Origin: Octopus bimaculoides
Taxonomy: Eukaryota
Assembly (NCBI RefSeq): GCF_001194135.2
Contig: NC_068990.1
Coordinates: forward strand, 67,767,371-67,830,749
Direction of reading: 5' to 3'
DNA length: 63,379 bases
This document shows positions 38,696-51,050 of this stretch, in pieces. Both the position numbers and the translations under genes were made by a program. Numbering within the stretch: the first letter of the stretch is position 1; each line of letters starts with the position of its first letter. The notes beneath the pieces are model-generated. The model saw only the letters and a program-made list of their open reading frames with translations, was not told the origin of the DNA and searched no databases.

Positions 38696-39869
38696 TAAGC
38701 ATTCCTTTTTGTAACTATGATAGTGGTCACTCTAAAGCAATACATTATATTAGAACAGAACTGCATAATGAAAGAGGAGGAGGTGAAGTTTGTCTTGTAA
38801 AGACCAGGTTTAGAGGCAGAAGGAGAACAGAAAGAGAGAAAGAATGAGAGAATGATACTGTGTGTATATAAGTGTGTGTATTTGATAATGATGAGACTAG
38901 AAAAAAAAGAAAGAAAAATTTCAGTATTGCAGCCTGAAAGTCAGTGGCTCAGATCAGTCATAAAATGGACAGATCTGTGAATCTTGATACTGTACATTGC
39001 TTTCATCAATACCCTAATGAGATAATACACATATGGAAAAAGATGAAGTAATAATCAAGAGAATTGTAGGAATTGTTATATAAAAAAATGGCCATTTACA
39101 GAGTGATCACTTAGTTTATGAAACGTAGATAAAGTAAAAGGAGAAGTGGAAAATTATGAAGGTGATGGAAAAATAGAAACACTTCCCAACAGACAATATC
39201 ACAAATTATTGTTAGCTGATCTGTGACATTGATTAGTTAATACAAGAAAAAGGAGGGGAAAGTGAGGGAGAGTTAGAGAAAACAGATGGAAAGAATGGGT
39301 AAGTTGAAAGAGCCTAGGTTGGAGAGGAGACTAGAATGAGAGATAAGAAAGCTCATAAAAAATTGTAGCAAAAGTTGCAATTGCATGTTGATTGATATCT
39401 GGCTGTTTGGGAGGCATTTACAGAAGGAGCACAAATATTATTTCTATTTTAACTACTGACATAGAAATGAAACATCATGGTAAAGTCCTTTAGTTGTTTT
39501 TGTATCATAATATCATTGGCAAGACAAAATGAAAAGTGTATTTCTGTAAAGTGAACTGCAGTACTTTTCAAATAGTAATATTTCATAATGTGAAAATAAT
39601 TTCATTATTTTCTTTACATCTGTTTCTTACCCCAGTTTTTTCCGCAGGCAAATATATTATTAAAGGGCTGGATGTTCTTCCTGTTGCTAATAATTACCTA
39701 CTTTCTGAAGTAAGGAATTTATCTTTCTTCTGTGGTTTTGAAAAGTACAAATCCAGTAAATATTTTGTTGATAACATCGCTGTTTGTAGCTCAGTGATTT
39801 GGGGAGAAAGGCAAATGTAAACAAACACTAGTGCACATATGCATGCACACACATACATATATATGAAAG

Positions 39870-40024
39870 GTTTACATTTCCATCAGCCAAATCCACTCAA
39901 AAGTCTTCGGTCAGTCTCAGGCAAGATCCAAATACGCTTGCTCACAATGCCATACTGTGATACCGAACCAAAACCCGCATGGTTGTAAAGTAAACACCTT
40001 AACTGTACAGCCATGCCTGTGTCT
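39870..40024 (-). mobile_element. SINE family A head
   Basis: CCAAATCCACTCAAAAG...TACAGCCATGCCTGTGTC is the reverse complement of the head. Confidence 0.7.
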
Positions 40025-40054
40025 TATATTGCAAAAATAAAGAAGTAATAACGT

Positions 40055-40290
40055 CATCAACACCACCTTCTCCAATTTTGACACAAAGCTAGCAATTTTG
40101 AAGGAAGGGGACAAATCAAATCCATTGACCCCAGTACTTGACTGGTATTTTATTTTATTGATCCCAGAAAAGGTGAAAGGCAAAGTTGACATTGGAGGGA
40201 CTTGAGATCAGAATGTGAAGAACTAAAAGAAATACTGCTAAGCAATTTGTCTGAATTGCTAACGATTCTATTTGCTTGCTGCCCTATTCT
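40055..40290 (-). mobile_element. SINE family B
   Basis: CTGGTATTTTATTTTATTGATCCCAGAAAAGGTGAAAGGCAAAGTTGAC. Confidence 0.8.
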
Positions 40291-40299
40291 TTGTATTAC

Positions 40300-40505
40300 C
40301 AGCACAAGGCCAGCTATTATAGTGGGTGGGAGTTGCTGATTAGGTCAATTTCAGGGCTCAACAGGTGCTTATTTTACCCCGTTACTAAACTGCAACTTAT
40401 TTTATCAACGCCAGTGTTTATTTGATACTTTATTTTATTGAGCCCAAAAGGATATAAGGAAACTTTAACACTGGCAGGATTTGAACTCCGAATGTAGAGA
40501 GCCAG
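40300..40505 (-). mobile_element. SINE family B, partial
   Basis: GATACTTTATTTTATTGAGCCCAAAAGG...GGCAGGATTTGAACTCCGAA. Confidence 0.65.
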
Positions 40506-40519
40506 AGATTATATTAATA

Positions 40520-40900
40520 AAAAAAAATGGCAGGAAATTATTCCAATTGCAGGCTTGAAACTCCTCCAGAAATTATTAGCAGGAATCTTGCCTCAAAAAT
40601 ACACAAGGATCTCCTACATAAAGTGATGTTTGGTTGTTATATAACAGAAGGATAGGAAAAGAACCTTAGGTACACAATAGCACTGAACATATGAAAACTA
40701 TGTAAACAGAAATTTCAGGTAATGACTGACAAATATGTGCTTTATTTGGATAGATTTCAGCAAAGCATTTGATATGGTTACTCACTTCTGGATTCTTAAC
40801 ATTTTGAAAAGACTTAGCTTTGCAAAAATTAGAATTAATTATGTTACCATGTATGTTGTTGTGGGGGAGGAATCAGATTTAGGCACTTTTTTGGTTTCTC
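40520..40900 (+). pseudogene. Non-LTR RT fragment, R4/Dong(NeSL)-like
   Basis: PIAGLKLLQKLLAGILASKIHKDL and CFIWIDFSKAFDMVTHFWIL resemble the YRPI...KLL and WIDYxKAYDxVPHxW motifs. Confidence 0.65.
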
Positions 40901-41117
40901 TAATTCCTTTATTTATGTCCATATGAAAAACGCCCACTATAATCTCAATCAAACTGCTTAAGTTGTTTTACAGAAATAACAATGAAATCTGACACTTCTT
41001 AATATTTAGGGCATAAAAAATGGGGAAATATGTAAACATTCTTGAAATACAATTAACGTCTGAAAATACGTTTGTGTATGTGTGTGTGTATTTATATATC
41101 ATTAACATCATTATTAT

Positions 41118-41350
41118 AGGCACAGGAATGGCTATGTGCTTGAGGAATGTGCTGCCCAAACACTGCGTGGCATCTTGAGTAGGTGTCTTCTACTAAAGAC
41201 ATAAGCTGACCAAACAAATGAATTTTTATGACAGAAACTGTGTGGAAGCTTTTCACATATGTACGTGTGCATGGGTGTGAGTGTATTCATACATGTTAAT
41301 ATCTCCCTGTCTGGTCATTGAGTGACAGCTCTAAACAAGCATCACCATCA
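41118..41350 (+). mobile_element. SINE family A, deleted copy
   Basis: GGCACAGGAATGGCTATGTG...CTGCGTGGCATCTTG...GTGTCTTCTACT. Confidence 0.7.
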
Positions 41351-41715
41351 TACAAGCAGTATAAAATAAATGAAATAAGTAGGATTTGAGCATTGGGATC
41401 AATAAAATCTTCCAGAAAACATGTCCATCCAGGGAAAAATATTACATTAACATGGAAACAAATTGAGTGTTGGTGACAGGAAGGATATCCAGCTATAGAA
41501 AATCTGTGTCAAAAAAAGGATATCTAACCCATGCAAGTAGGGAAGAGCAGACATGAACAGATGGGGTGTGTGTGTGTGTGTGTGTGTGTGCGTGCATGTA
41601 TTTGTGTATGTGTGTTTGATTGCATTTATCTAATCTTATAGTTAAATCAGGTATTAAAAGCAATATGATGTGAGATAGAGGAGGGTATATATATTGTGCA
41701 TACACACACACACAG

Positions 41716-41750
<35 letters not shown>

Positions 41751-41843
41751 CATACACATGCACACATACATATATATACACAAACACACACATACATTTA
41801 TATATACACACATACACACACATACATTTATATATACACACAT

Positions 41844-41878
<35 letters not shown>

Positions 41879-41888
41879 NNNNNNNNNN

Positions 41889-41926
<38 letters not shown>

Positions 41927-42364
41927 AATATACACACTCATATATATATATACACACACACACACACATATACATACGTATATATGTATATATGTCTGTC
42001 TATGTAAAATAGTGAAATCAGTGGTAAAAATGAAACTTCATGCTTGCAACCACATTGATTCAATTAATTGCCGGGTAGTTGCAGTTTTGCAATATAGTAA
42101 GAGCAATCATTAAATGGAGTAATGTGAAATCAATATTCCATAGGTCTACAAGAAACTCCATTAAAAATAATATGGCGGTCTTCATCTGTGATCCAACATG
42201 ACTCATCTTCTTTACATGGGTAAAATATCTGCTAGATGAGGATCAATATGCACTGCTGGGTTTGTTCCAATATAAGCAAACATATGTGTGAGTGTGTGTG
42301 CATGTGTGTATTCATACTTATATATCATATACACAAATAAATGCATGTACTTAACACATACACA

Positions 42365-42404
<40 letters not shown>

Positions 42405-43206
42405 CCTANNNNNNNNNNNNNNNNNNNNNNNNNNNNNNNNNNNNNNNNNNNNNNNNNNNNNNNNNNNNNNNNNNNNNNNNNNNNNNNNNNNNNNNNNNNN
42501 NNNNNNNNNNNNNNNNNNNNNNNNNNNNNNNNNNNNNNNNNNNNNNNNNNNNNNNNNNNNNNNNNNNNNNNNNNNNNNNNNNNNNNNNNNNNNNNNNNNN
42601 NNNNNNNNNNNNNNNNNNNNNNNNNNNNNNNNNNNNNNNNNNNNNNNNNNNNNNNNNNNNNNNNNNNNNNNNNNNNNNNNNNNNNNNNNNNNNNNNNNNN
42701 NNNNNNNNNNNNNNNNNNNNNNNNNNNNNNNNNNNNNNNNNNNNNNNNNNNNNNNNNNNNNNNNNNNNNNNNNNNNNNNNNNNNNNNNNNNNNNNNNNNN
42801 NNNNNNNNNNNNNNNNNNNNNNNNNNNNNNNNNNNNNNNNNNNNNNNNNNNNNNNNNNNNNNNNNNNNNNNNNNNNNNNNNNNNNNNNNNNNNNNNNNNN
42901 NNNNNNNNNNNNNNNNNNNNNNNNNNNNNNNNNNNNNNNNNNNNNNNNNNNNNNNNNNNNNNNNNNNNNNNNNNNNNNNNNNNNNNNNNNNNNNNNNNNN
43001 NNNNNNNNNNNNNNNNNNNNNNNNNNNNNNNNNNNNNNNNNNNNNNNNNNNNNNNNNNNNNNNNNNNNNNNNNNNNNNNNNNNNNNNNNNNNNNNNNNNN
43101 NNNNNNNNNNNNNNNNNNNNNNNNNNNNNNNNNNNNNNNNNNNNNNNNNNNNNNNNNNNNNNNNNNNNNNNNNNNNNNNNNNNNNNNNNNNNNNNNNNNN
43201 NNNNNN

Positions 43207-44652
43207 ATACATTATATGGTCTTTGAGTTTTTAAAGTTCAATGATAATCCATGTAGATAATTGTTAGAAAGATTAGGATGCATGTAATTAAGAATGGAGT
43301 TGTGTTTAAAAAGGCTGAAAGTTTATGTGTTAAACAGGAAGTGTGATGTCAAAACAAGAAGAGTGTATGTAAGGGAAGACAATTCTGTGGGTTTTATACT
43401 CTTTAGTTGGAGTTCTGGATTCTTTGTCAGCAGGAAGTTTATGTCTGTTCTTAGAGAAACAAGAAGTAAATTTATATGTATTTCATTGGGTAGGCGAGAG
43501 AAGGGAATATGGTCACCGAGGAGTTTGTATGTTAAGAAGCGTTTGGAATTTCTCTATAAAAAGATTCTCCTTGTTGATTCTTTCTTGTGTAGAGATTCTG
43601 TCTTTACATTGAAAGGGAATATAAGGAATTTAGGGTTTTTATTTTTGGTGCAAGAGTCTATGTGGCCACTGAGTGGAATATGGCGGTGTTGTGGAAGATT
43701 TATTTGTTCTTTATGGACTGCTACTTTTCTATGCATAGGGAGGCTCATCTGTCCAATATTGTTATGTTGGCAACTTGCGCATGCGAGGACATACATGAGG
43801 TTCCTAGAGGAACAAAAGAAGTTGGTCTTGATTTTAAACCTTGTTCCTTGTTTGAAGGTAAATTCAGAGCCTTCAAGTAGGTAGGAGAAGGTACCACAGT
43901 TAGGGCATGCACATTTTTTAACTGATGGGGGTGGAAGTGGTGTATGTAGTTTGGCACTAGGTAAGAGGTTTTTCAAAGATTTGTGTTGCCTTTTGCATTT
44001 AAGGACTCTGTGTGTATTGATGATATTCATTTTCGGGTCTGTGGTGAGTAAGGGGAAGTTTTGTTTGATTGTGGTGTATGCTTCGATGTTTTTCGGGTTG
44101 TGGGTGGAGATGTATGGAAGTATTTTGGAGTTGGGCATGTTACTGTGTTGGGTGATTTTCAGTGTGTTTTTGTCAAGTTCCTTGGCACGTTTTATTCCAA
44201 AGTCTATGAGTGTGGAGGGATATTGGCATTGTAATAGTGTTTTTTTGAGGTCTTGTAAGCGTATTTCTTGAGTGGTTGGCTCAGAGACAATGGTGCAAAT
44301 TCTTTAAGCAAAATCGAAGGGGATATTTATCTTGGTGTGTTTTGGGTAGCATGAGCTGAATAGGAGGTATTGTTGTGAATCTGTAGGTTTGCGGTAGATG
44401 TCAGTTGTGATTTGGTTATTAGGTGTTTTTATAATTAAGATATCAAGAAAAGGGAGATGATGTTTGTTGAATTCCGTACTGAATTGAATGCTGGGATGTA
44501 TGTTGTTAAGTATGGTTTTGAATTCTAGAAGTCTTTCATAGGATTCCTTCCATACAATGAAACAATCATCCAAGTATCACTTCCAGTTTTCCATTAAGTA
44601 GATGTGGAAAAGGTGTCCAAATTTCTCGCGTGAGATCTCATATAGTGATAAT
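43207..44652 (-). mobile_element. Penelope-like element: RT C-terminal half plus GIY-YIG endonuclease (pseudogene)
   Basis: NWK*YLDDCFIVW (YxDD), PFLD, YRKPT, then a frameshift to CACPNCGT...FCSSRNLMYVLACASCQHNNIGQ...RKVAVH. A Cys-rich linker precedes the endonuclease. Gaps on both sides. Confidence 0.93.
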
Positions 44653-44683
<31 letters not shown>

Positions 44684-45042
44684 NNNNNNNNNNNNNNNNN
44701 NNNNNNNNNNNNNNNNNNNNNNNNNNNNNNNNNNNNNNNNNNNNNNNNNNNNNNNNNNNNNNNNNNNNNNNNNNNNNNNNNNNNNNNNNNNNNNNNNNNN
44801 NNNNNNNNNNNNNNNNNNNNNNNNNNNNNNNNNNNNNNNNNNNNNNNNNNNNNNNNNNNNNNNNNNNNNNNNNNNNNNNNNNNNNNNNNNNNNNNNNNNN
44901 NNNNNNNNNNNNNNNNNNNNNNNNNNNNNNNNNNNNNNNNNNNNNNNNNNNNNNNNNNNNNNNNNNNNNNNNNNNNNNNNNNNNNNNNNNNNNNNNNNNN
45001 NNNNNNNNNNNNNNNNNNNNNNNNNNNNNNNNNNNNNNNNNN

Positions 45043-45962
45043 ATACATCGTCGTTTAACTTCCACTTTCCATGCAATCATGGGTTGGACGATTTGACTGA
45101 GGACTGTTGAACCAGATGGCTACACCAGGTTCCAATCTGATTTGGCAGAGTTTCTACAGCTGGATGCCCTTCCTAATGCCAAACACTCCGAGAGTGTAGT
45201 GGGTGCTTTTACGTGCCACCAGCACGAAGGCCAGTCAGGCAGTACTGGCAACGGCCATGCTCAAAATGGTGTATTTTACGTGCCACCTGAACAGGAGGCA
45301 GTCCATCGGCACTGGCAATGATCTCACTCGAATGACTTTTCACGTGCCACCAGCATAAGTGCCAGGAAGGTGACGCTGGTAATGATCATGCTTGAACGGT
45401 GCTCTTAGCGCTCCACTGGTACAGGTGCCATCACGATTTCGCTTTCGCTTGCCCCAACATGTCTTTGCAAGCCGAGTTTAGTGTCCAACGAAGGAGACGT
45501 TGGCATGGGGCCAGTCGTCAAATTTAGTTCAATTTCGATTTCACTTGCTTCAACAGGTCTTCACAAGCAGAGTCTAGTGTCCAATGAAGGCTAGGTACAC
45601 ATAAGTGGGTTGGCTACATCCCTGGCAGAGACCTTGGATTTTGGTCTCACTTGGCTTGCTGGGCCTTCTCACGCACAGCATATTTCCAAAGGTCTTGGTC
45701 AGAAGTCATTGCCTTGGTGAGGCTTAATGTTCGGAAGTCTTGCTTCACCACCTCATCCCAGGTCTTCCTGGGCCTGCCTCTTCCAGAGGTTCCCTCAACC
45801 GCTAGGGTGTGACACTTTTTCACACAGCCATCCTCATCCATTCTTGCCACGTGATCATACCAAAGCAATCGTCTCTCTTGCACACCACAACTGGTGCTTC
45901 TTAGGTTCAACTTTTCTCTCAAGGTACTTACACTCTGTCGGGTATGCACACTGACGTTACAC
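45043..45962 (-). mobile_element. RTE-clade LINE 3' end (ORF C-terminus plus repeated 3' UTR)
   Basis: MCNVSVH...VQERRLLWYDHVARM...VEGTSGRGRPRKTWDEVVKQD; UTR with about 65-bp tandem units; tail GTTAAACGACGA; CpG-rich. Confidence 0.92.
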
Positions 45963-46060
45963 ATCAATCGGAGCATATATATATATATATATATAGACAT
46001 ACATATATAGACATACATATACAGATATAGATATATATATAGATATATATATATACATAT

Positions 46061-46095
<35 letters not shown>

Positions 46096-46232
46096 NNNNN
46101 NNNNNNNNNNNNNNNNNNNNNNNNNNNNNNNNNNNNNNNNNNNNNNNNNNNNNNNNNNNNNNNNNNNNNNNNNNNNNNNNNNNNNNNNNNNNNNNNNNNN
46201 NNNNNNNNNNNNNNNNNNNNNNNNNNNNNNNN

Positions 46233-46304
<72 letters not shown>

Positions 46305-46306
46305 TA

Positions 46307-46682
46307 AGAGTGGCTGTGTAGTAAGTATTTTGGTTATCAACCACATGGTTCCGGGTTCAGTCCCACTGTGACACCTTGGGAAAGTGTTTTCTACTATAGT
46401 CTCGGGCCAACTAAAGCCTTGTGAGTGGATTTGGTAGACGGAAACTGAAAGAAGCCGGTCATATATATATATGTATGTGTGTGTGTGTATGCTTCTGTGT
46501 ATGTCCCCACAACATCGCTTGACAACTGACGTTGGTGTGTTTACCTCCCCGCAACTTCGCGGTTTGGCAAACGGGACAGATAGAATATGTACTAGGCTTA
46601 CAAAGAATAAGTCTTGGGATTGACTAAAGGCAGTGCTCCAGCATGGCTGCAGTGAAATGAGTGAAACAAGTAAAAAAATAAA
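46307..46682 (+). mobile_element. SINE family A, full composite copy
   Basis: GAGTGGCTGTGTAGTAAG...GAAACTGAAAGAAGCC, microsatellite, body, TGAAACAAGTAAAA. Confidence 0.9.
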
Positions 46683-46701
46683 GGACTATATATATACATA
46701 T

Positions 46702-46736
<35 letters not shown>

Positions 46737-46826
46737 CATACATATATATATATATGCATATATATATACATATATATATGTATACATATACATACATGTA
46801 TGCATGTATATATACGTATTTATATA

Positions 46827-46890
<64 letters not shown>

Positions 46891-46914
46891 CAGTCTGTTA
46901 AAGTCTGTCATACC

Positions 46915-46964
46915 GGCCATGACGAAGGGAAATAGCCCTGAAACTCGNNNNNNNNNNNGTCGCC
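46915..46964 (+). ncRNA. Hammerhead-like motif interrupted by an assembly gap
   Basis: GGC-C-ATGACGA, stem II AGGG/CCCT, GAAA-CTCG-[11 N]-GTC-GCC. Stem I GGC/GCC. Confidence 0.4.
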
Positions 46965-47272
46965 TTTATATATATATATTTATATTTATATATTTATATA
47001 TTTGATCCTTTATATTGAACACTCAATATTTCATCTACATTCAATACTTTCTTTCATGGTGCCATCCATTTTTATGTTATTTTATTTTATATTGTATATT
47101 GTATATCATATTATATATTGTATATTCCATATTCTATACCCCACATTAGTTCTGCAGGAATATAAATAAAACATAAAAAACAGACAGTGTTGGAACTCTT
47201 TTAAGCAAAATAATATATTCCTCTATACACAATCATACAAAAAAACCCACCTTTTTTGTATTTATTTTTACT

Positions 47273-47309
<37 letters not shown>

Positions 47310-48237
47310 TCACTTAACATCCACTTTCCATGCTGCTATGGGTTAACACACACGCACAAATGTATATATATATAAAACTCAGACCTGTATCTTAAAAATA
47401 ATGAAAATTTGTAACAGTAGCATAATAGCATCAGCTGCCAAGTTAGATAAGGAGAAAATCAAATGAGAAGGCAAAATAGAAAGCATGATTAGAAAGACGG
47501 CAATTTAGGATGAAAGAAAAATATGCTATTTCATGCTCAGTTTGAGAAAGATACAAGGAAGCTTATGACAGAAATCCTTGAATTGGTTATGCAGAGAAGA
47601 GCTAAAATGAGGAACTGTTAGTCAACTAATGTTGATCACACATTCAAAAGAAATGGTGTTAGAAGAGACATTAAGTCTATGAGCTAGTTAACTATAATAT
47701 ATCATAAATGGGGAATGGGGAGAAGATGGAACACGGAGCAGAATTAGTGGTTGAAAAATGTTAAGCCTGAAAGATTACAAAAGTTGTATTATTACAAACC
47801 GAGTCACAATCTCTATTAGAATCTGCACCAAATGTATGAATTTTAAGTATCTGCAAAGTAGTACGAACAATGTAAATGAAAAGTTTCCAGCAAATGAGTA
47901 AGCAAGAAATCCGACTTAACATTGAAACAAACCAAATCATAGAACAACGAAAACTTGATGTTATTATAACTGTGAACAAAGAAGACAAATGATTGCTTTG
48001 TAATTGGTGATACTATGCTTGGAAACAGGATACTGCCTATAGAGAATTCTTGTTATTGCTAACCATTTATAATTCCAAATTTTGAGCTTTCTACATTGTC
48101 AGGAAAGCTTCCATTCTACCTCAGATAGCTACAGATGTAATCAAGCATGATCACAATATAGATGTTTGTATCACTTAGAATAACCAATGTATATTACAGT
48201 GTTAGCACCTACATTGAATATACAAACCACAGAAAAC

Positions 48238-48289
<52 letters not shown>

Positions 48290-48296
<7 letters not shown>

Positions 48297-48662
48297 GTCG
48301 TCATCTCCATCGCCGCCTCACAGAGGCAAAGTAGCTGAGTTTCTTTCGAGTGTTGGGCCTCACAAAAGCCATGACTGAGGCCTTTGACATTATGTCGTGC
48401 TTGAGAAGACCCATAAAGCCAAGCAAAATCACAATTGTGGCAGATACTGGTGTTATGCAAATGGCACCCATGCCAGTTGCACGTAAAAGCACCCATTACA
48501 CTCTCTGAGTGGTTGGTGTTAGGAAAGGCATCCAAATGTAGAAAACCATGCAAAATCAGAATGGAGTCTGGTGCAGCCTTCCAACATATCAACCCTGGTC
48601 AAACCGTTCAACCCATGCCAGCATGGACAATGACGTTAAATGATGATGATGATGATGATGAT
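48290..48662 (+). mobile_element. RTE-tail short element
   Basis: GCACGTAAAAGCACC, TAGGAAAGGCATCC, CAACCCATGCCAGCATGG, (GAT)n. Confidence 0.8.
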
Positions 48663-48671
48663 TACTATTTT

Positions 48672-48890
48672 AGGTGGCAAGCTAGTAGAATCATTAACAC
48701 GTTGAGCAAAATCCTTAAGGGATTTTATCCATCTTTATATTCTGAGTTCAAATTCCACTGAGGGTGACTTTGCCTTTCATTCTTTCAGAGTCAATTAGAT
48801 AAGTACCAGTTGAGTCCTGGGGTCACTGTAAATCAGCCTATCCCCTCCAGTAAAACTACTGACCTTTTGCCAAAATTTGAAACCATTATT
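48672..48890 (+). mobile_element. SINE family B
   Basis: GGTGGCAAGCTAGTAGAATC...TTCTGAGTTCAAATTCCACTGAGG. Confidence 0.8.
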
Positions 48891-48979
48891 ATTAGTATTA
48901 TTTTGTTGTTTTGATTTTTATTATTGTTGTTGTTATCATTTTATCGACCCTAGAAGGATGTGTTGTTGTTGCTATTATC

Positions 48980-49017
<38 letters not shown>

Positions 49018-49031
49018 CATCATTATTATTA

Positions 49032-49075
<44 letters not shown>

Positions 49076-49119
49076 GCTGCTGCTACTGCTGTTGTTATTT
49101 TAACTATTATGAGTTGTAA

Positions 49120-49290
49120 TAGTTCTAACTTTGGAATGAAGCTATAAATTGTGGAAGAAGGGTGCCTATTTCTATCGGTTTGCAAGAGGAAAGGTAAAGT
49201 TAACTCTGGTAAGTTTCAAAGCTAAGAACAACCAAAAAGAGAAAAAAATCTTGAATTTTGTTCAATAGTCTACCAATTCTGCCAGTCATT
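49120..49290 (-). mobile_element. SINE family B, degenerate
   Basis: AATTCTGCCAGTC head and GAAAGGTAAAGTTAACTCTGG, both as reverse complements. Confidence 0.6.
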
Positions 49291-49339
49291 GCTCTAATAA
49301 TTAAAATATCAATAAAAGTATAATGATTTATAATATTTG

Positions 49340-49520
49340 CATGAAGCGAGAAATTAAGGCAAGGTGGGTGGCTATTGATTATATGGCTCCATTATTTGAT
49401 TGGTACATATTTAATTGACACTTGAATAATGAAAATGAAAAATGACCTTGGCAGGATTTGAACTTAGAATGTCAAGGACACAACAAAATGTTACTGTACA
49501 TTTCATTTAGCCCTCTACAG
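49340..49520 (-). mobile_element. SINE family B, degenerate
   Basis: GACCTTGGCAGGATTTGAACTTAGAATG. Confidence 0.6.
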
Positions 49521-49559
49521 ATGTTGCCAGACATCCCCCAGAGACTGATATATTACTAT

Positions 49560-49920
49560 GGAAAGCACAGATTGAAGAGGCAGTAAGAGTGCAGCAGAAA
49601 CCAATATCAAGACTTCTAGTATTTGTAAATGTGAACTTAGTTTTGACTGAAAGTATAAACTGTAGTTTAATATGAGAGTTACTCTATGGAGATGATCTGA
49701 TATTAACAACAAAGAGTGTAACTGAAATGAAAGAGGAGATAAACAGGTGGGAGGAATGTAGGGAACCTAACAGCATGAAGGTATTGCAAAAACAAACAAG
49801 ATGAATAATGATAAAATGTAGTAAGGTGAAAAGAATAGGGAAATGGCAGTGTGTCGACTTGTTAAATGTAAAATGTCCACTAGTTAGAGTGGGTTCATAG
49901 AGAATGTTGTGGCATGTGAA
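49560..49920 (+). pseudogene. RTE RT fragment
   Basis: ELLYGDDLILTTKSVTEMKEEINRWEE parallels the LLYADD region at 8388. Confidence 0.6.
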
Positions 49921-49925
49921 AGTTA

Positions 49926-50364
49926 TTAACCCTTTAGCATTCAGGTTACTTGGTCAAATGTAAGGCTTATTTTTTCACATTGTTTTGAATTAATCATGCA
50001 TTATCTTGTAGTGTGGAGATGTTAACCCTTTAGCATTTAAACCAGTCACATCTGGCTCAAATATTCTATTTACTTTACGTTGCAACTGATCAGACCCAGC
50101 CTCTCACACCTACTCTACAGTGTTATTCTTAAACATAAACAATCACATCTTCAAAATCTTGAAGCTACAAGATACTGTATGATTATTTTTTAAACATGTG
50201 AATAAATAAGCATTACATTTGATAAATTAATCTGAATGTTAAAGGATTAAAGTTGTGATTGTTTATTTTTACAATGACATTATGGGGTAGATATGAGAGG
50301 CCAGATCTGGCCAGTTTGAGCATATTTTGGCCAGATATGGCTGGTTTGAATGCTGAAGGATTGA
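49926..50364 (+). mobile_element. piggyBac-type MITE (outer copy), interrupted
   Basis: Begins TTAA-CCCTTTAGCATT and ends AATGCTGAAGGA-TTGA. Confidence 0.8.
50022..50250 (-). mobile_element. piggyBac-type MITE (inner copy, opposite orientation)
   Basis: TTAA-CCCTTTAGCATT...AATGTTAAAGGA-TTAA. The interior is the reverse complement of the outer copy. Confidence 0.85.
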
Positions 50365-50649
50365 TTTATGTTGCAGCTACATTTAAGTGTAAGGTGTGTA
50401 TAGAAATAAACGAAAAGGTCTAAACCAAAACCAGTCCTATCACCATACACAGAGATTTCTCAAGGACAGTATTTAATCCTATTATTATTCATTTGTATAC
50501 TTTGATTCCACCAAAAAATCTGTTCATTCAAACAACCAATCATTACAAATAAGGGAACCTCTACAGTCATGTGTCTTTCAAATAATAGTAGCCAAATCAC
50601 TTTAGAATCACACTCTTCTTTGTTTGTGTTGTCTTCTTCATCTTCTTTC

Positions 50650-51050
50650 ACCCCTCCTCCTCTCTCTTCAAGTGGCTGATGTGTCTCTGCCAATAACGAG
50701 ATTATAGTTGAGTAGTCTTCATCATCTCCTTGGGTGTATAAGTCTCCAAAATATCATATTTAATATGGCCAGTTATTCAGCATGAAAGCAGTGGCTAGTA
50801 AAGCTGTCCTTGTATTGAGCAATAATTCTACAAATGGTCAGAAAATATCCATAAATTTCCTCATCTGTCATATGCTTATGTTGCATGAAGTTTTGAGCCC
50901 TCATAAGAAACATGATGTATATGCAATCATCAAGGCAGTCTTGAAGCTCCTTCAACAAAGTCCAGATTTTGGCTTCATAGAAAAGAATGCAGTAGAGAAC
51001 ATTCAAGTCACACTCCACTGTTTTCAAATGGCAATGAGAAATTCAATAAC
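50650..51050 (-). pseudogene. RTE/RTE-X LINE ORF C-terminal remnant
   Basis: ILFYEAKIWTLLKELQDCLD...HMTDEEIYG...FTSHCF resembles the LLYGxExW...TNxELY...GHC region. Confidence 0.65.

Noticed and set aside
42288-43260. ORFs of about 300 aa
   Set aside because: They span the N gap at 42409-43206.
43294-44271. Plus-strand ORFs of 196 aa and 106 aa
   Set aside because: Antisense shadows of the Penelope-like ORF.
44577-45096. ORFs of 136-167 aa
   Set aside because: They are mostly N gap; only the PLE and RTE edges are real sequence.
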